Positions 9,123 through 17,873 of a DNA stretch of 64,000 bases are shown in pieces. The DNA comes from Burkholderiaceae bacterium (GTDB lineage: Bacteria > Pseudomonadota > Gammaproteobacteria > Burkholderiales > Burkholderiaceae_C): positions 57,635-121,634 of the forward strand of contig JAWKYL010000007.1 of NCBI GenBank assembly GCA_041396505.1, read 5' to 3'. The translations under genes were made by a program, and so were the position numbers. The notes below the pieces were generated by a model. That model was not told the DNA's origin. It searched no databases and saw only the letters and a list, made by a program, of their open reading frames with translations. The first letter of the stretch is position 1; each line of letters opens with the position of its first letter.

Positions 9123-9826
9123 TGTGATGGATGAATTTTTTACTTCAAAATTGCCCCTCGCAGACGTACCAATCAAACGTTGAAGTCCGGGGTTGAAACT
9201 ATTCGATGAGGCTCAGAGTTGATGGGGTGCGTCAATTGAGTTGTATTTCCAGTGCACGCAACATATTACTCGCTAGGATACATCGCGCCAGATCCAGCAG
9301 ACACCTTCGAACTGCTCATCTGTCGGCATGTTTTGCTCGGCCCAAGACTCGCTGCCAAGCTCAACGGCAGCTTGGCGCCTTGGGAGGCCTGCCAACCAAG
9401 CAGTTCATGCCCAGATTGATCACCACAACCGCCGCAAACTCTAAGAATCAACTGTCTACTTGACAAGAGAGCCTGCGCAATCGCCGCAGAAGCAAGGCGA
9501 GTTTTCATGCCGCTTCGATGGCAGCCTCGTGATGTTCAGGGCTCTATTGCTGGCTTCTGGAAGTTCCAGGTTGCCGATGCCTATTCTTGTGTCACTAATC
9601 CCTCTCTGGTGCATCCTTTTGAGCAGGTTACGGCACAATGGATGTCGATTCGTGGATGCCGCGTGGCACCATGGCCGGGTGTTGCCACCCCGGGTTCCCA
9701 GCAACCCACCGGTTGGTGCGTCACGCGAAGGCCTCACCCAATTGCACGCCCGGGCAACGGCAACCCCCGGGCAGGCGCCTGTGCATTTCCTTTTTCCCAG
9801 AGACAGACAACCCTAGGACTCCCGTC

Positions 9827-10285
9827 ATGGCTTCAGTGAACAAAGTCATCCTCGTCGGCAATTGCGGCCGCGACCCCGAAATCCGCTACATGCCCTCGGG
9901 CCAGGCCGTGGCCAATGTCAGCATCGCCACCTCCAGCCGCCGCAAGGACCGCAACAGCGGCGAGACCATCGAAGACACCCAGTGGCACCGCGTCACCTTC
10001 TACGACCGCCTGGCCGAGATCGCCGGCGAGTACCTCAAGAAGGGTCGCTCGGTCTACATCGAGGGCCGCCTGAAGTACGGCAAATACACCGACCAGTCCG
10101 GCGTCGAGAAGAACACGGTGGACATCATCGCGACCGAAATGCAGCTGCTTGGCGGCCGTGACGGTGGCGACGAGGGCGGCGGCGGTGGCGGCAGCTACAG
10201 CCGCCCGGCTTCGGCGCCCCGCGCAGCACCGCCCGCCCGCCAGCCCTCGCACTTGGATGATCCGGACGAGGAAATTCCGTTCTAA
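9827..10285 (+). CDS. ssb: single-stranded DNA-binding protein
   Basis: [36 protein letters not shown]...[30 protein letters not shown], a Gly-rich linker, and the acidic tail DDPDEEIPF. Confidence 0.95.
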   Translation: MASVNKVILVGNCGRDPEIRYMPSGQAVANVSIATSSRRKDRNSGETIEDTQWHRVTFYDRLAEIAGEYLKKGRSVYIEGRLKYGKYTDQSGVEKNTVDIIATEMQLLGGRDGGDEGGGGGGSYSRPASAPRAAPPARQPSHLDDPDEEIPF

Positions 10286-10314
10286 CTTGGAACGACCTTT
10301 TCTTGTTGGCTGAG

Positions 10315-10348
10315 AAGCCTGCTCTCCTTAAGCGATGCAGGCTTTTGT
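10315..10348 (+). terminator. probable intrinsic terminator after ssb
   Basis: Stem aagcctgc / gcaggctt with a 14-nt loop, followed by ttgt. The U-tract is short. Confidence 0.45.
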
Positions 10349-10426
10349 CGGTATGAGTGTGCATCTGATCGATGGTCTTCCCCTAATTCGTGGGATATCT
10401 CGTGAAGAATGATTGTTGACGGTGGC

Positions 10427-10693
10427 TTAGTGCCGAACTCTTTCGTAGCGCACCCCGACAGTGACAATGACCTCGTCGGCGACGACCGCATAGCAGTCAA
10501 GGTGTTCGTTGACCTTGCCGATCAGGCTGCCGCAATAGCGCTCGACGTGCTTTCGCGAAGCCTTGTCGAAATAGACGATCTCAGCACCTCGATGGTCGTG
10601 GTCGCGTCGACCGAATCTCAGAAGTAGGTCGATCACTAGCTCCGGAATGCCTCGCTGCTGGGAGCGCTTGGCTGCATGCTTGGTCAAGTTCAT
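10427..10693 (-). CDS. DUF4258-like small toxin-type protein
   Basis: MNLTKHAAKRSQQRGIPELVIDLLL... matches the H-A-x-x-R-x-x-x-R-G-I signature I associate with DUF4258. It is 88 aa, and its start overlaps the upstream stop as ATGA. Confidence 0.55.
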   Translation of the reverse strand: MNLTKHAAKRSQQRGIPELVIDLLLRFGRRDHDHRGAEIVYFDKASRKHVERYCGSLIGKVNEHLDCYAVVADEVIVTVGVRYERVRH

Positions 10694-11469
10694 GGCTTCT
10701 CCTTTCTAGTCAGTTCTTGCGCCAAATTGAACAAGCGCTTGCGAAGCAGCACCTCCAACGGCATCCCGGATCTGGCTGCTTCCTCGAGCAGTGCGTGCAT
10801 GACATCCTCTGGCAGCGTCACATCGAACTCATGCGGCCGGTCTGCTGTCAGGTCCGAATGTTGCGTCGGCGTGAAGCCACGGCGCTTGCGCAGCCATTCG
10901 AGCGCGTCTTCGGGCGTAACTACGGTGCGAAGGCCCACCTGCTGCGTTCTCAGCGGGTTTGGCATCCGGGGGTTTGCGGCGTTTCGCACGCTGCGTTCGT
11001 CCATGTTGGCCAGCAGCGCGACGTCGGCGATCGTGAGGCTGTCGGACGACAACGTGGCTCTACCGTTCTCATCGGCGTCGTGTTGGTATCGACCGAGCAC
11101 ATTGTCCAGTGCCATTCGCGCTGAACTCATCTTGGCAACCCGCAGAGCCAACTGCGGTGGAGCGTTGTCGTTGGCGTCCAAGAGCAGCCACATTGCGGGC
11201 GTGTGCATTGCGCGGATGAATCGCTCAGCTTCCTGATGCCTCATGTCGGCGGCTCCATTGGGCACTAGGCTTCCGCTCGGAATCCCCAGAACCCCATAGT
11301 CGTACATAGCGTCGACTGCTTGCCAAAGGTGGGAACTGCGAACGAGGTCTTCAACGGCGGACGCGTTGCAAATTCCTGCGAATAAGCGTGATGTCTGTGC
11401 GATATACAGGCGCAAGAAGGTCATCAGTTCTTCCTGCATGTCGACTTTCGTTAATGGAGGCTTGCTCAT
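10690..11469 (-). CDS. hypothetical 259-aa protein with an HTH-like segment and an RHH-like C-terminus (putative antitoxin/regulator)
   Basis: LTIADVALLANMDERSVRNAANP is HTH-like. EFDVTLPEDVMHALLEEAARSGMPLEVLLRKRL has a strand-helix-helix pattern like CopG/Arc. It is translationally coupled to 10427..10693. Confidence 0.55.
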   Translation of the reverse strand: MSKPPLTKVDMQEELMTFLRLYIAQTSRLFAGICNASAVEDLVRSSHLWQAVDAMYDYGVLGIPSGSLVPNGAADMRHQEAERFIRAMHTPAMWLLLDANDNAPPQLALRVAKMSSARMALDNVLGRYQHDADENGRATLSSDSLTIADVALLANMDERSVRNAANPRMPNPLRTQQVGLRTVVTPEDALEWLRKRRGFTPTQHSDLTADRPHEFDVTLPEDVMHALLEEAARSGMPLEVLLRKRLFNLAQELTRKEKP

Positions 11470-11474
11470 GGCTG

Positions 11475-11508
11475 TTTGTGATATTTATGATGTCATTACT
11501 ATCACAAA
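11475..11508. promoter_or_regulatory. 9-bp perfect inverted repeat (tttgtgata N16 tatcacaaa) abutting the start of the 259-aa gene; candidate operator
   Basis: Read directly. It ends 5 nt upstream of the ATG at 11469. Confidence 0.45.
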
Positions 11509-11825
11509 TATTCGTGTCGATGTCAAGCGAATGTTCAGGTGGCGCAGCAGGCCCCAGGGCGAATCAACTGGGGACGGAACTCAGACAGACTTTCTAGGAA
11601 CGGGATGAGCCTGAGATTCGCCCAGCCTTGAAAAGCTGCGGCGGGCTTCTACTGGGTCGCGCTTTCTTGGACGGCTCCGGGTCGTGTCAACGATCACGAT
11701 GTGACCGATGCCCTGAACCCAATGGTCGCGCTTCATAGACAGGACACGCTGTAAAAGAGTCACCCATCCTCCGACCACTACTGCCCAATGAAACACAAAC
11801 CCGCAAATGGCGCACGGGACTGGCC

Positions 11826-12023
11826 TCAGTCGGCATTCGGATAGCGATCAGTCCAGTTCGGGCGCAGCCCTCTGGCGGCCTCGTCTCTTACCTTGGCGAG
11901 CGACTCCTCGTCCTCCATATCTGCCTCAATTTCTCCGATGCAGCCCCAGCAATCCCCTCCACAGTCTCGCGACAATGGATCGTCATCCTGATCGAGCAAG
12001 CGTCCGCAGATTGAGCAGTTCAT
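11826..12023 (-). CDS. small zinc-ribbon-like protein, hypothetical
   Basis: MNCSICGRLLDQDDDPLSRDCGGDCWGCIGEIE... has a CxxC ... CxxxCxxC pattern. AGGA sits 7 nt upstream of the ATG at 12023. Confidence 0.35.
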   Translation of the reverse strand: MNCSICGRLLDQDDDPLSRDCGGDCWGCIGEIEADMEDEESLAKVRDEAARGLRPNWTDRYPNAD

Positions 12024-12247
12024 GAACGTTCCTGTCTGGGCCATTGGGAAAGTCTAGCTATACCTGCCTCGCCCGCCACTGTCGCTTTAAGGACAATCCA
12101 GCCGGAAACCCCCTCCCCAGGCGTGACAGCCGTCATGCACAGCCCGCCTTGTAGCGCTGCAGCCCGGTCGGGAAATGGCGAATGGCGCCGGTTTCGGACT
12201 ATGCTTGTTCCTGACCCAGCAGGAAAACAGCCTCCGACGGAGCCCGA

Positions 12248-13114
12248 ATGGCCAGTGATCTCGATACCGTGCGCGTGCTGCGCGCCATATTCAGCGACAT
12301 GCCGCGTGCCCCGGAGGGGCTGACGCCGCTGGAGAAGGCCGAGTGGATCCAGCAGGCCATGAGCGGATTCGAAGGTGGCGAGATGGCCTACACCGTCGAG
12401 CACATCACCCGCAGTTCCATGGTCGACATCGTGTTGCGCCTGCGCGAGGACGGGCACCTGCGTGACGACAAGGCCTTCGAGGAACTGTTGCAGCAACTGG
12501 AGAAGGCCGAGGGCCGCCAGGCTTTCATGGACTGGTGCATCCAGGCCCAGAAAAGTGTCGATGCCACGTCGCGCCTGCTCAAGCGGGCCAAACGCTCGCT
12601 GGCCGAACCCGAGCCGCTGTTCGCCATGGACCTGTCGGCCATGCAGCGCTTCGTGGCCGACGAGGCTTCCGGTCCGGGGCCTCTCTACGCCGAGTTCGCT
12701 GCGCGCGAGGATGTGCGTCAGGTCGGTGTCCTGGAGACCGCACCGGCCCGCGTTCACGAGTTCGACTGGGGCTTCGTGACCGAAGACGATACCGGCTTCC
12801 ATGTCTACGTGGCCCAGGCCTGGCGCGGCGGGTCGGTGGGTTACTTCGAGCGTTTCATGCGTGCGTGGCGACTGGAAACCGCCGTGGTGGCCGGCAGCGG
12901 CGTGACGCCGGCGCCGGTGCCCTTCGAGATCACCCCGGACGTGGGCATCGTGCGTTTTGCCAGCTTCAGCCTGTATGCGGGTGGTCCGCCCGTGGCCGCG
13001 CCGGTGCGCCAGTGGGTGGGCGAGGTGTTCCTGTCCCAGATGCTGCCGGTCATGGCGGCGCGGGCGATCGATCCGGATTACGACTTTCCGCTGGCAGTGG
13101 CCGACGCGATCTGA
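12248..13114 (+). CDS. hypothetical protein (288 aa), no family recognised
   Basis: A long ORF with strong GC3 bias. The antisense ORF 12020..12802 has junk-like composition. Confidence 0.55.
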   Translation: MASDLDTVRVLRAIFSDMPRAPEGLTPLEKAEWIQQAMSGFEGGEMAYTVEHITRSSMVDIVLRLREDGHLRDDKAFEELLQQLEKAEGRQAFMDWCIQAQKSVDATSRLLKRAKRSLAEPEPLFAMDLSAMQRFVADEASGPGPLYAEFAAREDVRQVGVLETAPARVHEFDWGFVTEDDTGFHVYVAQAWRGGSVGYFERFMRAWRLETAVVAGSGVTPAPVPFEITPDVGIVRFASFSLYAGGPPVAAPVRQWVGEVFLSQMLPVMAARAIDPDYDFPLAVADAI

Positions 13115-13130
13115 GGCTGGGCGGGGCGGC

Positions 13131-14045
13131 TCACTGCCAGACCACGTCCAGCGCTGTCAGGGCGCTGGCGATGACCGGCTCCCCGCAGCGCTCGGCCAGG
13201 CACACCAGGCCCAGGTCGCATTCCAGCGCTACCTGATCGGCCACGACCAGGCCCCGGTCCTGGGCTTCGCGCATGGCGATGGAGTCGCGCACCAGACTCA
13301 GTCCCACGCCGCTGCGGACCAGATCGAGCATGGAGGCTTCCTGGTCGACGAGGGCGACGCGACGCGGCTCCAGGCCGGTGAGCGAACCCGGGCCGAACAC
13401 CCGGCGCTGCAGCCGCTGGTGCGCGCTGGTCGGCGGTGTGCCCAGCCAGGGCAGGGCGGCCAGCGCCTTCCAGTCCTTGCCCCGCACCTGCGGGCCCCAG
13501 CCGGCGGGCGCCAGCACGCGGTAATGGAAGCGCGAGAGGGCGCGCAGGTGGTACGGTGCCCCGATCGGGTCCTGCGGCAGGTCCAGAAAAAACCCCACAT
13601 CCAGCTCACCGCGGCCGATGCGGGCCAGCACATCGCCGCTCATGCCCTGGCTCAGTTCGGTGCCGACCTGGGGCGCGCTTTCGGCCAGCTGGCGCAGGAA
13701 GGCGCCCAGGCGTGTGAACTCGGGGTCCAGGATGGTGCCGATGCGCAGCGTGCCGCGCACGGTGCGGTGCAGGCTGGCGGCGGCCTGGCCGAAGTCGGCC
13801 AGCGCGGCCAGCGCCTTGTCAGCCAGTGGCAGCAGGGCGGCGCCGTCGCGCGTCAGGGCCATGCCGCGCGCGGTGCGGGTGAACAGTTGCAGTCCGGTCA
13901 GTTCTGCCAGCGTGCGCAGCTGCAGGCTCACGGCCGGCTGGCTCAGGTGTACCCGGTGCGCGGCCTGCGAGACGCTGCCTTCGCGGGCGACCGCCACGAA
14001 CACGCGCAAGGTCTGGGCATCCACTGTCGGCAGTTTTATTTGCAT
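13131..14045 (-). CDS. LysR-family transcriptional regulator
   Basis: N-terminal HTH LRVFVAVAREGSVSQAAHRVHLSQPAVSLQLRTLAELTGLQLFTRTARGMALT. It is divergent from the GMC oxidoreductase gene. Confidence 0.9.
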   Translation of the reverse strand: MQIKLPTVDAQTLRVFVAVAREGSVSQAAHRVHLSQPAVSLQLRTLAELTGLQLFTRTARGMALTRDGAALLPLADKALAALADFGQAAASLHRTVRGTLRIGTILDPEFTRLGAFLRQLAESAPQVGTELSQGMSGDVLARIGRGELDVGFFLDLPQDPIGAPYHLRALSRFHYRVLAPAGWGPQVRGKDWKALAALPWLGTPPTSAHQRLQRRVFGPGSLTGLEPRRVALVDQEASMLDLVRSGVGLSLVRDSIAMREAQDRGLVVADQVALECDLGLVCLAERCGEPVIASALTALDVVWQ

Positions 14046-14191
14046 TGCTCATATTGTATGTTGGCATGTCTCATTGGACACGGCTTCATGTGCGCGGCAC
14101 ACTCGCGTCCAATGTCATTGAATGACATGAGCCACGCAAATACCAGCACCCAGAATGCGGGTGCGACCAACACCACCGATGGAGACAACGC

Positions 14192-15880
14192 ATGAGCCAG
14201 CCGAACACAGGTGACCTTCAGACCTTCGACCACATCGTGATCGGCGCCGGCACGGCCGGCTGTCTGTTGGCCAACCGGCTCAGCGCCGACCCGACGCGGC
14301 GCGTGCTGCTGGTCGAGGCGGGGCGCAAGGACGACTACCACTGGATCCACATTCCGGTCGGCTACCTGTACTGCATTGGCAATCCGCGCACCGACTGGCT
14401 CTACCAGACCGAACCGGACGAGGGCCTGAACGGGCGCCGTCTGCGCTACCCGCGAGGCAAGACCCTGGGGGGCTGTTCCAGCATCAACGGCATGATCTAC
14501 ATGCGTGGGCAGGCCAGGGACTACAACGGCTGGGCGGATCTGACGGGCGACGACCAGTGGCGCTGGGCACAGTGCCTGCTGGATTTCCGGGCGCATGAAC
14601 ATCACCACCGCATGGACGCTGCAAGCCAGGGTCTGAGCGACCCGGCTTTTGCCGCCCTGCACGGCCACAAGAGCGCTGGCAGCACCGGTGAATGGCGGGT
14701 CGAGAAGCAGCGCCTGCGCTGGGATGTGCTGGACGCCTTCGCCGCGGCCGCGCAGCAGGCCGGCATTCCTGCCACGAGCGATTTCAACAGTGGCAACAAC
14801 GAAGGGGTGGGCTATTTCGAGGTCAACCAGAAGGCCGGCTGGCGCTGGAACGCGTCCAAGGCGTTTCTGCGACCGGTGCAGGACCGCCCCAACTTGACGG
14901 TCTGGACCGAGACGCAGGTCGAGCGGCTGACCTTGTCGCGTGAAGCATCCGGCGGCTGGCGCTGTTCGGGTGCCGAGTTGCGCCGGGGCGGGCAGCGCGT
15001 GCAGGTGGCCGCCACCCGGGAGGTGGTGCTCAGCGCGGGCAGCATTGGTTCGGTGCAGGTGCTGCAGCTCTCGGGTATCGGCCCGGGCGGCGTGCTGCAG
15101 GCGGCCGGTGTGGACGTGCAGCATGAGTTGCCAGGCGTCGGCGAGAACCTGCAGGACCACCTGCAGATCCGTTCGGTCTACAAGGTCCAGGGCGCCCGGA
15201 CGCTCAACACCATGGCCAGTTCGCTCTGGGGCAAGGCCATGATCGGCCTGGAGTACATGCTCACGCGCAGCGGTCCGATGAGCATGGCGCCCAGCCAGCT
15301 GGGGGCCTTCACCAAGAGCGATCCGTCGCTGCCGCATGCCAACATCGAATACCACGTGCAGCCGCTGAGCCTGGATGCCTTTGGCGAACCGCTGCATGCC
15401 TGTCCCGCCTTCACGGCCAGCGTCTGCAACCTCAACCCGACCAGCCGGGGCCACGTGCGCATTCGCTCGCCGCGCTGCGAGGATGCGCCAGCCATTGCGC
15501 CGAACTACCTGAGCACCGACGAGGACCGCCGGGTGGCGGCGGACAGCTTGCGCGTGACGCGCCGCATCGTCGGCCAGCCGGCTCTGGAGAAATACCGGCC
15601 CGAGGAGTTCAAGCCCGGACCGCAGTACCAGACCGACGAGGAACTGGCGCGGCTGGCGGGCGACATCGCCAGCACCATCTTCCACCCGGTGGGCACGACG
15701 AAGATGGGGCGTGACGACGATCCGATGGCGGTGCTCGACAGCCACCTGCGGGTGCGCGGCGTGGCCGGCCTGCGGGTGGTCGACGCCGGAGCCATGCCCA
15801 CCATCACGAGCGGCAACACCAACAGCCCGACCCTGATGATCGCGGAGAAGGCGGCGCGCTGGATCCTCACGGGCACCTGA
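14192..15880 (+). CDS. GMC-family FAD oxidoreductase (choline/alcohol dehydrogenase-like)
   Basis: FDHIVIGAGTAGCLLANRLS...VLLVEAG, GKTLGGCSSINGMIY, and the C-terminal HPVGTTKMG...VVDAGAMPTITSGNTNSPTLMIAEKAA. Confidence 0.9.
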   Translation: MSQPNTGDLQTFDHIVIGAGTAGCLLANRLSADPTRRVLLVEAGRKDDYHWIHIPVGYLYCIGNPRTDWLYQTEPDEGLNGRRLRYPRGKTLGGCSSINGMIYMRGQARDYNGWADLTGDDQWRWAQCLLDFRAHEHHHRMDAASQGLSDPAFAALHGHKSAGSTGEWRVEKQRLRWDVLDAFAAAAQQAGIPATSDFNSGNNEGVGYFEVNQKAGWRWNASKAFLRPVQDRPNLTVWTETQVERLTLSREASGGWRCSGAELRRGGQRVQVAATREVVLSAGSIGSVQVLQLSGIGPGGVLQAAGVDVQHELPGVGENLQDHLQIRSVYKVQGARTLNTMASSLWGKAMIGLEYMLTRSGPMSMAPSQLGAFTKSDPSLPHANIEYHVQPLSLDAFGEPLHACPAFTASVCNLNPTSRGHVRIRSPRCEDAPAIAPNYLSTDEDRRVAADSLRVTRRIVGQPALEKYRPEEFKPGPQYQTDEELARLAGDIASTIFHPVGTTKMGRDDDPMAVLDSHLRVRGVAGLRVVDAGAMPTITSGNTNSPTLMIAEKAARWILTGT

Positions 15881-15959
15881 CGGTAAAGTTTCTTGTCCGC
15901 CCCGGCGGGCGGGTGCCGGCTGCGTACACTGGGGTGTTCCTTCGGGACCGACCTTCGCC

Positions 15960-16682
15960 ATGCCTTCGACCCCTGCCCCCGCGCCCCAGATCCGTTGCCT
16001 GCTGGTCGACGACGACCCGGCCATCCGCGAACTCCTGGTCGACTACCTGCTGCCGTTCGGCATGCAGGTCGAGACCGTGCCCGATGCCGCCGGCCTGCGT
16101 CGGCGCCTGCCCGATGGCGGCGTGGACGTGCTGCTGCTGGACCTGATGCTGCCGGACGAGAACGGCCTGCAGCTGTGTCCCTGGGCCAAGGCCGTGCAAC
16201 CGGGCATGCCGGTGATCATGCTGACCGCGCAGGGCGACACGCCGTCGCGCGTGGTGGGTCTGGAACTGGGCGCCGACGACTATCTGGCCAAGCCGTTTGA
16301 ACCGCGCGAACTGGTCGCCCGCATCCGCGCCGTGCTGCGCTGGGCCGGGGCGCCGCCGGCCACTGCGGCCAGCCCGCTGGTGCGTTTCCAGGGCTGGACC
16401 TTTCACCGTATCCAGCGCCAGCTCACCGCGTCCGATGGCACGGTGGTGGCCTTGTCGGCGGCCGAGTTCCGCCTGCTCAGTGCCTTCGTGGACCACCCGG
16501 GCGTGGTGCTCGGACGCGAACGCCTGCTGCAACTGACCCGGGCGCCGGGTGTGCAGGTCAACGAGCGCAGCATCGACCTGGCTGTCTCACGCCTGCGCGT
16601 CAAGCTGCATGACGAGGGCGCCGGACTGATCCGCACCCTGCGCGGGACCGGCTACCTGTTTTCAGCCCGGGTGAGCTCATGA
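15960..16682 (+). CDS. OmpR-family response regulator
   Basis: LLVDDDPAIRELL..., LLLDLMLPDENG, GADDYLAKPFEPRELVARIRAVLR, and a winged-helix C-terminus. Confidence 0.9.
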   Translation: MPSTPAPAPQIRCLLVDDDPAIRELLVDYLLPFGMQVETVPDAAGLRRRLPDGGVDVLLLDLMLPDENGLQLCPWAKAVQPGMPVIMLTAQGDTPSRVVGLELGADDYLAKPFEPRELVARIRAVLRWAGAPPATAASPLVRFQGWTFHRIQRQLTASDGTVVALSAAEFRLLSAFVDHPGVVLGRERLLQLTRAPGVQVNERSIDLAVSRLRVKLHDEGAGLIRTLRGTGYLFSARVSS

Positions 16683-17842
16683 AGCCACGTTTCGACACCT
16701 TGTTCTTACGGCTGTTTCTGCTGATGTGGGCGGTGCTGGTCGTCAGCCACCTGGTGGCCTTCAACTGGGTGGTGCCCCTGCGGCCGGGAGAGGACGCCGA
16801 TGTGCTGCATCGACTGACCCGGGGGCCTGCCGTCCCGTCGCTACCACCCGTGGGGCCGCTGCTGGGCGCGGACCGCGAACGGCGTCCACCACCGCCGGCG
16901 GCAGAGCAGCCGGCTGGGGCCGCGCCGGGCGAGCGTGCCGGTCGGCCAGCGCGGCCGATGCGGTCGATGTGGTGGGACTATGGCCTGCGGGCCTTGCTGA
17001 TTGGTGTCGGCGCGTGGCTGGGAGCGCGCTGGCTGTCGGCGCCAATGCGGCGGCTGGCACAGGCCGCAGACGACCTGCCGCGGCATATGGCCCAGGGTCA
17101 GCCCGCACCGGTGCTCGACGAGCGCCTGGGCACGGTGGAGGTGCGCGACACGGCGCGCGTGTTCAACCGGATGGCCGAGCAGTTGCAGCGCCAGTTCGAC
17201 CAGCGCAGCCTGCACATGGCGGCCATCTCGCATGATCTGCGAACGCCCCTGACCCGTCTGCGCCTGCGGCTGGAGGGCATGGCCTCGCCAGTGGGCGAAG
17301 CGGCGGTGGCGGACTTGCGCGAGATGGACGAGCTGATCGAGAACTCGCTGCAGGTGGTGCACGAGCAGTCCGGCGGCAGCGATGCGGTGGTGGTCGATCT
17401 GGGTGCCCTGGTGCAGTCGCTGGTGGACGACCTGGTCGAACAGGGACGCCAGGTGCAGCTGGATGCGGACGCGCAGGCCGGTGCACAAAGGGTTCGGGTC
17501 CGGGCGCATCCGGCCTCGCTGCGACGGGTGCTGGACAACCTGGTGGGCAACGCGCTGCGCTATGGCCAGAGCGCCCGCCTGCAGATGCGGGTGGAAGACG
17601 GTCTGGTGCAGGTCGACGTGGATGACGAAGGACCGGGCATACCGCCCGAGCGGATGGCACAGGTGTTCGAGCCCTGGGTGAGCCTGCCCCGGACCGCGCG
17701 TCCTGGCGGCAATGGTCTCGGACTGGCGATTGCCCGCGACCTGGCTCGTCGCGAGGGGGGCGACATCGTGCTGGCCAACCGGCCGCAGGGCGGCCTGCGG
17801 GCCAGCTTGCGCCTGCCCGCTGTATCCGGCCCGACACATTGA
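16679..17842 (+). CDS. EnvZ-like sensor histidine kinase
   Basis: It overlaps the regulator stop as ATGA. H-box MAAISHDLRTPLTRLRL, N-box LDNLVGNALRYG, and G-boxes DDEGPGIP and GNGLGLAIARDL. Confidence 0.85.
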   Translation: MKPRFDTLFLRLFLLMWAVLVVSHLVAFNWVVPLRPGEDADVLHRLTRGPAVPSLPPVGPLLGADRERRPPPPAAEQPAGAAPGERAGRPARPMRSMWWDYGLRALLIGVGAWLGARWLSAPMRRLAQAADDLPRHMAQGQPAPVLDERLGTVEVRDTARVFNRMAEQLQRQFDQRSLHMAAISHDLRTPLTRLRLRLEGMASPVGEAAVADLREMDELIENSLQVVHEQSGGSDAVVVDLGALVQSLVDDLVEQGRQVQLDADAQAGAQRVRVRAHPASLRRVLDNLVGNALRYGQSARLQMRVEDGLVQVDVDDEGPGIPPERMAQVFEPWVSLPRTARPGGNGLGLAIARDLARREGGDIVLANRPQGGLRASLRLPAVSGPTH

Positions 17843-17873
17843 GGCCAACGGGGCTTTACACGCTCCGGCCAGA

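Noticed and set aside
9177-9826. Small ORFs in the ssb upstream gap (9206..9463, 9266..9508, 9456..9737, 9460..9816).
   Set aside because: They overlap one another in several frames and have no Shine-Dalgarno sequence or recognisable motifs. Their composition is unconvincing. The region may hold degraded genes, but nothing supports a call.
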